Part shown: positions 51,058-60,147 of the stretch, piece after piece
How the letters are laid out: the number at the start of each line of letters is the position of its first letter
Position numbering within the stretch: position 1 is the first letter of the stretch
NCBI GenBank assembly: GCA_965216785.1
Contig: OZ244197.1
Location: 2,496,001-2,560,000 of the forward strand
DNA from: Thermodesulfobacteriota bacterium
GTDB lineage: Bacteria; Desulfobacterota_D; UBA1144; Nemesobacterales; UBA2774
Direction of reading: 5' to 3'
Length of the DNA: 64,000 nt
The notes under the pieces: generated by a model
The model's database searches: none
Told to the model about the DNA's origin: nothing
The model's input: only the letters and a program-made list of their open reading frames with translations
Position numbers and translations under genes: made by a program

Positions 51058-51975
51058 TTATTCAACAACTAAAGTGCAGCTAACTACTCTATCTTCACCG
51101 TCAACATTTATAATACCTTCTGGTAAGAGATTATTTTCCATAAGTGTAATATCGGTGATGATTCCGGATACAGTATCAATGTTAAAATTTCCTATCTCGA
51201 TCTCTTCACAACTTACGCTGGTACAATCTAAAGCAGTGCAATTAGGCTCGGTCATGTCTATTGTTCCACCCAGGAAGCTACAGGGTGTATTCTCGCATCT
51301 ATTAAGCAAGGATTCCGCCAGACATTCGGAATTTGGAAAATTGAAAACTGAATTACAAACATCTTCCACTCTGATAAAACTCACAGGGACATCTCTTTTC
51401 ACCACCTCGACTACAGAGGAGCCAAAAAACCTAGCTTCAGATGATTCTAAATCGCTATTAGTATCAGTTATGACTGCTATGAGCTCAGTTCCGAATTCAA
51501 GAATAGTTACTACCTCGGTGCCGAATTGCCTTGTTCCTTTCAAAGAAATAATGACCATATTCTCAGAAAAGTTCACATCTGGAATATCAAAAATATTATC
51601 TTTAAAGAAGCAGCTGTTTCGAAATCTATTCCAATCATGTTGTGTCTTTATTACAAGCCCACTATCTTCCCAGCGGCATTCGGGAGGTAAGAATGGAAGA
51701 AATATTGACCGGCCTAAAGTTCTAACTATTTCATTAAAATCTAATTGCCGGAGGAAGTCCGGACGGTTTTCCTGCTCTTGGATTATCTCTCCAATAGTTC
51801 TATCGTTCACTGAGGAGGTGCTGCCACCTTCATTTTCATCAAAGCAGGGGTTAGAAGATAACTCTGAGAAGCACCTGTTAATGGTATCTTGATCACCACC
51901 CCCATTACCACAGCTGCCGTAGAGTGATAGTAATAAAAACGGAATGAGAAAAATAAGAACGTATTTCATTATCAT
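51058..51975 (-). CDS. Cys-rich lipoprotein with a PrcB-C-like middle domain
   Basis: Lipobox-like LYGSC; VIKT..DW..PDVNF..VI..G pattern; C-terminal Cys-rich domain shared with the next gene. Confidence 0.65.
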   Translation of the reverse strand: MIMKYVLIFLIPFLLLSLYGSCGNGGGDQDTINRCFSELSSNPCFDENEGGSTSSVNDRTIGEIIQEQENRPDFLRQLDFNEIVRTLGRSIFLPFLPPECRWEDSGLVIKTQHDWNRFRNSCFFKDNIFDIPDVNFSENMVIISLKGTRQFGTEVVTILEFGTELIAVITDTNSDLESSEARFFGSSVVEVVKRDVPVSFIRVEDVCNSVFNFPNSECLAESLLNRCENTPCSFLGGTIDMTEPNCTALDCTSVSCEEIEIGNFNIDTVSGIITDITLMENNLLPEGIINVDGEDRVVSCTLVVE

Positions 51976-52034
51976 CCCCTAATACAAGAGTGCCATAAAA
52001 TAAATTAAATACAACACTAAAAAAGTAAGGGGAT

Positions 52035-52754
52035 TTACGAGTCTTTCATCCAGTCTCTGGCGTCAAATTCTTTGCCATTTTCACCAATCGACTCGTCTGA
52101 AGCCAGGTAGACGAAAACGGGGGAAATATCGAGCGGGGTAGGGAGGGTATTTGGGTCTTCCTCGGGGTAAGCGCCTGCTCTCATATCGGTCCTGGTACCT
52201 CCTGGGTTTACTGAATTAACTCTAACTTTATAAGGCTCCATCTCCTGGGCGAGTATCTGAGTGAGCGCTTCAACACCGAATTTTGAAGCGGAGTAAGCTC
52301 CCCATTCTTTTCTTCCTTCTCTGCCCACAGTAGAGCTTACATTGATGATTGAGCTATTTTCAGACTTTATTAATAAAGGGAGTAGGGCTTTTGTGACGAA
52401 AAACTGTGCGTTAAGGTTAATATGTATTACTTCTTCCCATAAATCCTCTGGATAATCCATTATCTTAGCTTTGATTCCTAATATACTGGCATTATTAACC
52501 AATATATCCAGTTTGCCCCATTTTTCTTCAATTTCAGCGGCCAGGCGCTTTACATCATCCTTATTGGTTATATCAGCGCTGACAAAGCTGATATCTCCGT
52601 ACTCAGACAGCTCCTCATGAGCGGCCTGAAGCGAGTCCTCATTGCGTCCGCAAATAATTACCTCGGCTCCTTGCCTTAAATAAGCCTCGGCAATGCCTTT
52701 ACCAATTCCTTTACTACCACCTGTAATCAGTGCTTTTTTGTCTTTGAGTTTCAT
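52035..52754 (-). CDS. SDR-family oxidoreductase (YciK-like)
   Basis: TGGSKGIG, YSASK and NPGGTRTDMRA.AYP.ED. Confidence 0.88.
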   Translation of the reverse strand: MKLKDKKALITGGSKGIGKGIAEAYLRQGAEVIICGRNEDSLQAAHEELSEYGDISFVSADITNKDDVKRLAAEIEEKWGKLDILVNNASILGIKAKIMDYPEDLWEEVIHINLNAQFFVTKALLPLLIKSENSSIINVSSTVGREGRKEWGAYSASKFGVEALTQILAQEMEPYKVRVNSVNPGGTRTDMRAGAYPEEDPNTLPTPLDISPVFVYLASDESIGENGKEFDARDWMKDS

Positions 52755-52804
52755 AGCCAGAGAATATTACCCGTAAATTAAAGATGTGGAAGCACCTGTA
52801 TATC

Positions 52805-53506
52805 TTACTTATTTCGCTTTTCGTATGCTTCATCCACACTCTTATGCATCGTTAACAGCTTTGGTAGGCCTATGGTAAAATCCCAAAGCGCGTTTAGTCC
52901 GGATCGCATTAATACTCTAATGGCAAGCGGAATAGAAGGTGCGCCAGGCTCGAAATGGTCTTGCTCGTGGATTTCATTTCTTCCTTCAGACAGCACTTTT
53001 TGAACATTAGGCGGCATGTTCCAGTCGCTCCTGAAAATAACAGTGCCTTCAGGGTTTATTATATAAACCGCGTCCGGAAAAGAGCCGTAAAGCTTATGCG
53101 CGTTCCCGTTAAGCGTATCTACTAGAATTGTCCTACGCTCGTTTTCTTCACCGGACAGTCTTTTAGCGTGTTTTATTTTTTCCTCAATCGATGTCTGGTG
53201 CGGAACGTTCGAGCCGGGATGCGCTTCTCTTACATATAGGACTAGGAACCGGACGTCCTTAAACTCCTCGGCCAATACGTTCATCTTCTTGATATTTCCG
53301 ACGTACATCGGACACGAGAAACTTCCGGTTTCTAGCACTAGCCAGGCTCCAAAGTAATCCGACAGCTTTACTTTCTCACCGTCAAGTGCGAACGCTTCGA
53401 AATCCTGGACTTTTTCTCCAGGCTTTGGACCTTTGAAATCGAAGAAATTATAGTATTCCGGTTTGAACTTGCAGTAATTATATTCTTCAGTACTTGTATC
53501 GGTCAT
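52805..53506 (-). CDS. Iodothyronine deiodinase-like thioredoxin-fold protein (Cys form)
   Basis: GSFSCPMY and YVREAHP motifs. Confidence 0.75.
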   Translation of the reverse strand: MTDTSTEEYNYCKFKPEYYNFFDFKGPKPGEKVQDFEAFALDGEKVKLSDYFGAWLVLETGSFSCPMYVGNIKKMNVLAEEFKDVRFLVLYVREAHPGSNVPHQTSIEEKIKHAKRLSGEENERRTILVDTLNGNAHKLYGSFPDAVYIINPEGTVIFRSDWNMPPNVQKVLSEGRNEIHEQDHFEPGAPSIPLAIRVLMRSGLNALWDFTIGLPKLLTMHKSVDEAYEKRNK

Positions 53507-53611
53507 TTAATTGCTTCTCCCTCCATGGATATTTAACTAATATTACGTCCTAAACTCTGAATCTCATAATGAGGTGATTTGTGAAAGTTAATAGGTAACA
53601 TATAAGCAATT

Positions 53612-53941
53612 ATGGACAAAAAAGTTGATGAATATATAGATAAGCAAAAAACTCCTCAAAAAGAAGTTTGCAGGAAGCTAAGGGAGATTATTTTCAAAAC
53701 TTTTCCTGAAATTCAAGAAGAGATGAAATGGGGAGTGCCGTCTTACGAGAATGGCAAATATTATTTTGTCGGGCTTAAAAACCATGTGAATCTTGGTTTT
53801 TCATTAAAAGGATTATCAAAAGAGGAAATTGCTCTTTTTGATGGTGGTGGAAAAACGATGAAACATATAAAGATTAACTCTTTGAAAGATATTGACGAGA
53901 AGAGGGTTATTAAGTTGCTAAAGATGGTAAAGAATAAATAA
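53612..53941 (+). CDS. DUF1801 (YdhG-like) protein
   Basis: VDEYI..LREII..KWGVPSY..HVNLGF..KTMKHIK. Confidence 0.8.
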   Translation: MDKKVDEYIDKQKTPQKEVCRKLREIIFKTFPEIQEEMKWGVPSYENGKYYFVGLKNHVNLGFSLKGLSKEEIALFDGGGKTMKHIKINSLKDIDEKRVIKLLKMVKNK

Positions 53942-53998
53942 TTCCTATCAGTAAGGGGCTGAACCGCATAACCTCAGCGGCTTAGATATTAAAATATT

Positions 53999-54676
53999 CT
54001 AATCTGTTTTCACTTCCACATCAGTGAACCATACTCTGAAATTTTCATCCACCCCTTTGTGGTCTAGAGAAATTATAATAGGGCCGAATTTTTGGTTATC
54101 TTCCCATGTGGAAACTCTTGTGGGCTCATCAGCGCCGCCGCGGCGGTATATCCACTGTAATATCATATAATTTTCATCTATATAGAGCTCGTAAACATCT
54201 CCGGGAGTATAGCCTCCCGTATCCGGATATATTACTTTGACCCTTGTTGTAAGTCCGCTTCCTAGCGGCAAATTTACCTTTTCTTCATCAACTTCGACTC
54301 TAATCCCTTCATCCCAAACCAGATGGAAGGGGAACACGAGCCAGTACTGATCGTTTATGAACCATGAGTCAACTTCTTTTAACTTATCCGGATCTTTAGA
54401 AAGAATGTCTCTATTATAAGAAACGTCCTGTTTAACGCCGTCGATTTCAAGAAGCCTCACTTTATTTTCTTTAGGCATCCACGCCCAGGAGCGCTTTACT
54501 TTCTGGTGTCCGATCTTCGCGTTAAACGTATAGCTTAACTCTATAACTTCGTCGAAGTCTTCGATCCCGTACGCCTGAGCAATTTTCTTACCAATCTCAG
54601 ACTCAACCGCTTGAGACTCGCTCAGCGAGCAAAGAATGAATAGAGATATTGTAACAATCCAAAACTGTTTTTTCAT
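53999..54676 (-). CDS. Hypothetical exported protein
   Basis: Signal peptide; FINDQYWLVFPFHL and GGYTPGD.Y motifs. Confidence 0.65.
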   Translation of the reverse strand: MKKQFWIVTISLFILCSLSESQAVESEIGKKIAQAYGIEDFDEVIELSYTFNAKIGHQKVKRSWAWMPKENKVRLLEIDGVKQDVSYNRDILSKDPDKLKEVDSWFINDQYWLVFPFHLVWDEGIRVEVDEEKVNLPLGSGLTTRVKVIYPDTGGYTPGDVYELYIDENYMILQWIYRRGGADEPTRVSTWEDNQKFGPIIISLDHKGVDENFRVWFTDVEVKTD

Positions 54677-54767
54677 GAGATATCCGCCTTGTATATATTG
54701 TAACTTTGATAATATCCTATCTTACTTTTAGGCACAAATTCAGCATATTTTACATGATACCGACATA

Positions 54768-54795
54768 AAGTCCGATAAGGTATATTATGTAAACT
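54768..54795 (+). other. dif: dif site (XerC/XerD chromosome dimer resolution site)
   Basis: AAGTCCGATAA-GGTATA-TTATGTAAACT, an 11-6-11 layout. The XerD arm is the same as the Bacillus-type dif arm; intergenic. Confidence 0.85.
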
Positions 54796-54924
54796 AACAA
54801 TTCATACAATTATTCCAATACTCTCTACAACGGGATCACTGGACTTGTGAGAAGTAGTCCCCGGCTACGAGAACAAGTAACGTTCAAAAAAAGAGGCTCA
54901 TTTATTACCTGAAAAGATTTGTGT

Positions 54925-55359
54925 TTACCTCTTTGCAGCTCTTTTAGTAGTTTTCTTAGCCGTTGTTCTTTTGGTTGTTTTTGTAGCCGCTCTTTTAGTA
55001 GTCTTTCTAGGCTTGCTGGCCGCTCTGCGTTTGGGTTTTTCATTTTCCTCAAGCGCTTTCTTACCACCCTCGACAGCGCCCAGCGCCGCAAACTGCATGA
55101 CTTTTGTAGCTTTATTCAGGACATCAGCTGAGTTTTTCATAATATCGGCCGTTGAATCGCTTACTTTTTTAGCGACATCTTCAGACAACTTTGTAAAATG
55201 ACTTTTTCTAGTCATACCAATTTTATTGCTTAAATTGATAATATCATCTCTGATATCTTCAAAATGCTGCATGATGTCTTGCATGCTTTTATCTTTTGGC
55301 TTAGTTGATTTCCTAGCCCTACTCGTTTTAGCAGTCCTGCCGGTTTTACTTGTTGCCAT
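54925..55359 (-). CDS. Lys/Arg/Thr/Ala-rich histone H1-like protein with a central helical region
   Basis: GGAGG RBS; C-terminal KTTKRAATKTTKRTTAKKTTKRAAKR repeats. Confidence 0.7.
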   Translation of the reverse strand: MATSKTGRTAKTSRARKSTKPKDKSMQDIMQHFEDIRDDIINLSNKIGMTRKSHFTKLSEDVAKKVSDSTADIMKNSADVLNKATKVMQFAALGAVEGGKKALEENEKPKRRAASKPRKTTKRAATKTTKRTTAKKTTKRAAKR

Positions 55360-55543
55360 CTTAAACCTCCGTACTTTGTAGTTTTTGTTCTGAGCCTATG
55401 TCACTGCTTAAAAACATTATAATAAAATAATTAGGAACTGCCTAGCAAGCAACTCTATTTATCATTGATATATAAACAAATATTTCTTGATTCGGAATAC
55501 TTAGAGTTTGATAAAGAGGCTAAGAGTTTAAGAGCTCAAAGGT

Positions 55544-56617
55544 TTATTGACCCTTGGTTTTTATTATTGTTACGTGGCCCATTTTACGCCCGGCGCGGGC
55601 TTCTGATTTTCCGTAGAGATGTATACACGCGCCGTCTTTTCTATAGTACTTCTTAATTTTCTCGACCTCTGATCCTATGAGGTTTATCATCACAGCGTCA
55701 GAGTGGCGCTCGGACGAGCCTACAGGGAGACCGCACACAGTGCGTACGTGCTGCCCGAACTGTGAGACGGCGCAGGCGTCTATGGTCAAGTGGCCCGAGT
55801 TATGGGTGCGGGGAGCAATCTCGTTTGCCAGAATGCGCCCGTCCTTTGTGACGAACATCTCTAGCGCAAGCACTCCTACAAGTCTCACTTTCCGAGCCAG
55901 CAGCAGCGCCTTGTCCCTGGCCTGCTTTGCCAAATCCTCGGGTATGCCCGCCGGCAAGGTACTTTGCGAGAGAATGTGATTTTTATGATCGTTCAACATA
56001 GGGCCGTAAATAGCTGTCTGCCGCTTTACATCCCTTGCAACGATGACTGATATCTCGCAGTCAAAATCAATGGGCTCTTCCGCTATAAGTTCATTTGAGC
56101 CGAGCTTCTTCCAGCTCTTTTTCGGTGAGTCCCCTGCCCTGTGAACAAGCTGCCCTTTGCCATCATAACCGAACCGGGTGGTTTTTAAAATAACATCACC
56201 GAGTCCCATATCACGGACCGCGGCACCTATATCTTCTGCTTTCCTTACAGGCGCCCATCTCGCCGTGGGGATGCCTATATCGTTTAAAAACTGTTTCTCT
56301 TTAATCCTGTTCTGTGATATTTCAAGAAGTTTATCGTCGGGGTAGACTGGTTTAATATCTTGAATGTAGCGGACGGTTTCATACGGAATGTTCTCGAACT
56401 CGTAAGAGACCACATCCACGCTCTCGGCAAATGCCCTTAGTTTTCTTTTATTGTCGTAAGCTCCTACGAAAGTTCTGTCCGCTACCTGGCCCGCCGGGCT
56501 GTCTTGCTCAGGACAGTATATATGCACCTTGATACCGAGCTCTGCCGCCGCCAATGCGCTCATCCGCCCGAGCTGCCCTCCCCCTAATATCCCCAGCGTT
56601 TTAGTTTCGAAACTCAT
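55544..56617 (-). CDS. purK: N5-CAIR synthetase
   Basis: [32 protein letters not shown] and RKMGH. Confidence 0.96.
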   Translation of the reverse strand: MSFETKTLGILGGGQLGRMSALAAAELGIKVHIYCPEQDSPAGQVADRTFVGAYDNKRKLRAFAESVDVVSYEFENIPYETVRYIQDIKPVYPDDKLLEISQNRIKEKQFLNDIGIPTARWAPVRKAEDIGAAVRDMGLGDVILKTTRFGYDGKGQLVHRAGDSPKKSWKKLGSNELIAEEPIDFDCEISVIVARDVKRQTAIYGPMLNDHKNHILSQSTLPAGIPEDLAKQARDKALLLARKVRLVGVLALEMFVTKDGRILANEIAPRTHNSGHLTIDACAVSQFGQHVRTVCGLPVGSSERHSDAVMINLIGSEVEKIKKYYRKDGACIHLYGKSEARAGRKMGHVTIIKTKGQ

Positions 56618-57144
56618 GACTTCTTTTTGCGTGGGGTAGCCGGGGATTTTTTATTAGGCCTGATCTTAATACTCGCTGTTTGCTTTTTACGGAATGCCTC
56701 AAGCTTCTCGGCCACTTTATTGTCCTCTGTCGACAGGATAGACGCCGCCAGGAGGGCCGCGTTCTTAGCCCCCGCTGTGCCTATGGCGAGCGTGCCTACG
56801 GGTATGCCACCCGGCATCTGCACGATGGAAAGGAGACTGTCTAGCCCCTTTAATGTTCTGCTCTCGACCGGAACTCCAAGTACAGGGAGAGTAGTCATGC
56901 TGGCCGCCATTCCGGGAAGATGGGCGGCTCCCCCTGCGCCCGCGATGATAACTTTTAGACCGCGCTCCCGAGCTGTCTTGGCATATTCGTACAAGCGGTC
57001 TGGAGTACGGTGGGCCGAGACTATTTTAGTCTCATATGGTATTTTCAGCCCGTCGAGCGATTCCGCCGCGTGCTTCATAGTTTCCCAGTCGGACTGAGAG
57101 CCCATAATGATCCCTATTAGTGGCCTGCGTTTTGAAATGGTCAT
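56614..57144 (-). CDS. purE: N5-CAIR mutase
   Basis: MGSQSD, SAHRTP and GGAAHLPG. Confidence 0.97.
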   Translation of the reverse strand: MTISKRRPLIGIIMGSQSDWETMKHAAESLDGLKIPYETKIVSAHRTPDRLYEYAKTARERGLKVIIAGAGGAAHLPGMAASMTTLPVLGVPVESRTLKGLDSLLSIVQMPGGIPVGTLAIGTAGAKNAALLAASILSTEDNKVAEKLEAFRKKQTASIKIRPNKKSPATPRKKKS

Positions 57145-57318
57145 ATCCGTGCGCTCAGATGTGAAAAATAAAAAAGATGTTACGGAAAATAACTCAAAAA
57201 GTCAAAAGGGCCAAAATTAGAATAACCCGGCGCTCTACCATGCAACGGGCACACTCAAATATTAATATGACAATCAATTCACTTGATGATGACAGGCCGA
57301 TAGTCTATCTTAAGGATT

Positions 57319-58248
57319 ATGCTAAGAACCAAGCATAAAGATAATATCTACTTCATAACCCAGCCTGATCATGCGGCGGTGTCCGGGTATTTCGCTGCGC
57401 ACTGGGGAAACGACGAGTTCACGCGTCCCGGGTATTACGCTCCCAGCAAAGACCCTGAGCAACTCCGTGCTGAAACTGTACTGGGCATTGCCGAGCACGA
57501 TAACGGCTGGTGGGAATGGGAAGCGACTCTCGGAGAGGATGCAGAGGACGGCCTGCCCAAGGGCCTTACAACGGTACTCAAGAACCAGGAAGAAGGGATG
57601 AACAGATGGAGGCTCGGGATACCGAGGCTGAGTGAGAAACATCCCTACGCTAGCCTCCTTATCAGCTACCACGCCTATTGGCTCTACGCTCACTCAAGTA
57701 GAGCCGAGACGAACGAAGCGTTCATTCACCCCCTGTTCTGGAAAGGCACAGACCTCTATGCTGAGGACTCAAAACCCGGATTAGAAGGAGAGGCCCTTGA
57801 GAACGCGCTTAAATTTGTAGAGGAAGTAAGAGGCTTACAAGAAAGTCTGAAATCACAGATAAATGCGAACGAAAATAAAAACGACTGGCTGAGCGACGGC
57901 AACTTACTGCCGCACGCAAGACTGATACAACTGCTGGACGGGCTTTCGCTCTCAATATGCTCGAACCTCATCCCGGCCAGTGATGGAGAATCAAAGGGCC
58001 TTGGGCAGGACGAATTTAACCTACTGAACGTGCCGAGGAAGAGCTGGGACGACCGTGTGGCAATGAAAGTATATCCCAAGGGAGAGAGGAATATCGGGCT
58101 TGACCCCTACCCCTTCGATTTAGACCCTCTCAGAGTAAGCGTTCCTACCAGGATTGTAGAAGGCCCGGCAGATAAACCCTTGTGCCTCTACCCCTTCTGG
58201 CATTCCATACCCCTGCAGCTGATCGAGTATGAATTCAGCTCTGGTTGA
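57319..58248 (+). CDS. DUF3891-family protein
   Basis: ITQPDHA..WGN, EHDNGW, PYASLLISYH and LDPYPF. Confidence 0.75.
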   Translation: MLRTKHKDNIYFITQPDHAAVSGYFAAHWGNDEFTRPGYYAPSKDPEQLRAETVLGIAEHDNGWWEWEATLGEDAEDGLPKGLTTVLKNQEEGMNRWRLGIPRLSEKHPYASLLISYHAYWLYAHSSRAETNEAFIHPLFWKGTDLYAEDSKPGLEGEALENALKFVEEVRGLQESLKSQINANENKNDWLSDGNLLPHARLIQLLDGLSLSICSNLIPASDGESKGLGQDEFNLLNVPRKSWDDRVAMKVYPKGERNIGLDPYPFDLDPLRVSVPTRIVEGPADKPLCLYPFWHSIPLQLIEYEFSSG

Positions 58249-58365
58249 CGCATTTCTTCTACATAAGCTAAAGCGTAAAATTAAGTAACCCCCTTGAACA
58301 AGTCGGGATAAGTTATTATATTTACTCTAATTTACTTTTAATATTTCTTGGTCGAGGAAAGATCT

Positions 58366-58728
58366 ATGCCGATATACGAATATGAGTGTAAAAACTGCGG
58401 AATCCAATTAGAAGAGCTTCAGAGCTTCAGCGACCCGCCCCTTAAAAAGTGCCCTAACTGTAAAAAGAATAAGCTTGAAAAGATGATATCGCTATCATCG
58501 TTTAAACTAGAAGGCACCGGCTGGTACGCCACTGATTATGTGAAAAAACCGGGCATTCCGCCTCAAGCAGCCGACCAGAAAAACCCTGCCGTTTCTGACG
58601 GCGACGGAAAAGCGGACGGCGCAGCTAAAACAGTTGCAGAATCGGGCAGCCCTTCGAGTCCGAGCGAGACATTTAAGTCGATAGAAAAAGAGACCAAGAA
58701 AGCGAAGTCCAAAGCCAAATCGGCTTAA
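58366..58728 (+). CDS. FmdB-family zinc ribbon protein
   Basis: MPIYEYECKNC..CPNC..GTGWYATDY; likely start ATG 58366. Confidence 0.85.
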   Translation: MPIYEYECKNCGIQLEELQSFSDPPLKKCPNCKKNKLEKMISLSSFKLEGTGWYATDYVKKPGIPPQAADQKNPAVSDGDGKADGAAKTVAESGSPSSPSETFKSIEKETKKAKSKAKSA

Positions 58729-58847
58729 AGTTTTAGTCACCCTCCCCTACCGAAAGAAAGTTTTCTCTTTGATACTGTAAAAGATTATTGTACTTACCCC
58801 CATGTATTGAGACTTCCATAATTTTAGGTTTATAATAGATACCCATT

Positions 58848-59639
58848 ATGGATATGGGAATAAAAGACAAAGTTGCCATAGTAGCCGCATCGAGCAAAGG
58901 CCTGGGTAAGGCTGTAGCTATGGGGCTTGCACACGAGGGCGTGAAAGTGACAATCTGCGCCCGTGGTGAAGATGAGCTTAAAAAGACTGCCAGTGAGATC
59001 GAATCCGAGACCGGAGCTCAAGTGCTGGCTGTACCATGCGATGTTTCCAAATCAGAGGAAATAGAAAACGTAGTCGCAGAGACAGTTAATAAATTTGGGA
59101 CTGTTGACATAATGGTGAATAACGCGGGAGGCCCTCCTGTAGGGTTGTTCGAGGAGTTTTCCCTCGATGATTGGCACAAGGCAGTCGAGCTTAACCTCTT
59201 TAGCACCATCACATTCTCTAAGCTAGTCATCCCTTATATGAAAAAGAGCAACTGGGGCAGGATTATTAATATGACCTCCTACACCGTAAAGGAGCCTGTG
59301 GACGGTCTTATACTGTCAAACACAGTAAGAGCTGGAATAACAGGACTCACCAAGACATTATCTAACGAGCTTGGGCCTCATAACATTCTTGTGAATAACG
59401 TAAGCCCGGGAAGGATCCATACGGACAGAATCACACAGCTTGCCCAGGAGAGAGCTAAACGAAGCGGAGCAAGCTTTGAAGAGGCGCTTAAGAGCATGGA
59501 CGACGGTATACCGCTTGGAAGAGTCGGGCAGCCCCGCGAGTTCGCAAACCTGGTAGTTTTTCTTGCCTCAGAGCGCGCGAGCTACATTACAGGCGATACG
59601 ATACTAATCGACGGCGGACTAAGTAAAGGAATCATGTAG
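58848..59639 (+). CDS. SDR-family oxidoreductase
   Basis: AASSKGLG, NNAGGPP and SNTVRAG. Confidence 0.88.
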   Translation: MDMGIKDKVAIVAASSKGLGKAVAMGLAHEGVKVTICARGEDELKKTASEIESETGAQVLAVPCDVSKSEEIENVVAETVNKFGTVDIMVNNAGGPPVGLFEEFSLDDWHKAVELNLFSTITFSKLVIPYMKKSNWGRIINMTSYTVKEPVDGLILSNTVRAGITGLTKTLSNELGPHNILVNNVSPGRIHTDRITQLAQERAKRSGASFEEALKSMDDGIPLGRVGQPREFANLVVFLASERASYITGDTILIDGGLSKGIM

Positions 59640-59646
59640 CCAGGGA

Positions 59647-60147
59647 ATGAAACTCTACCCTCCACAAAAAAACATGTCTGTACTCTATCTGGCTTTGGCA
59701 TGTCTTCTTTATTATTTCATCGCAACAGGGTTGCTGTCATCCAATACATATATATACAATACGGAATATACATAGTATGTAGAGTTATATAAAGATGGCC
59801 GCTCTATAATGCATGTTATAGATACATCCTCTGTAAAGGATATATTCGATAGATATAATATTGAAATAAAGAACGGCGACAAAATTATTATAGACGAAGA
59901 CGGCAGCATTAAAACCGGGAGGATAAGCGGCGTCAAAAGCTTATCTCTAGGTGTCCCAATCGGGATTAACTCCGCCCCGGCTAAGGACCTTACTGCTCTT
60001 CCCGGAATCGGGAGCAAAACAGCAGAGCGCATTATCACCTACAGGGAAAACTCAGGGGGCTTTAAAAGCCTTGAAGAGATAGATAACGTTGTGGGAATCG
60101 GCGAAAAAACTCTGGAGTCTCTAAAGGGCAAGATAAGCCTTGACTAG
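59647..60147 (+). pseudogene. comEA: ComEA-like HhH DNA-binding protein interrupted by an in-frame TAG
   Basis: INSA...LPGIG..AERII..FKSLEE...VGIG. An upstream in-frame ATG 59647 encodes a TM helix, and TAG at 59773-59775 separates the two parts. Confidence 0.7.

Noticed and set aside
53300-53330. Selenocysteine in the deiodinase-like gene
   Set aside because: The active-site codon is TGT and the ORF is uninterrupted.
26596-59775. Stop-codon reassignment explaining the in-frame TAA and TAG
   Set aside because: TAA and TAG terminate many intact conserved genes here (e.g. aceE, lpdA, ileS), and the two lesions use different codons.
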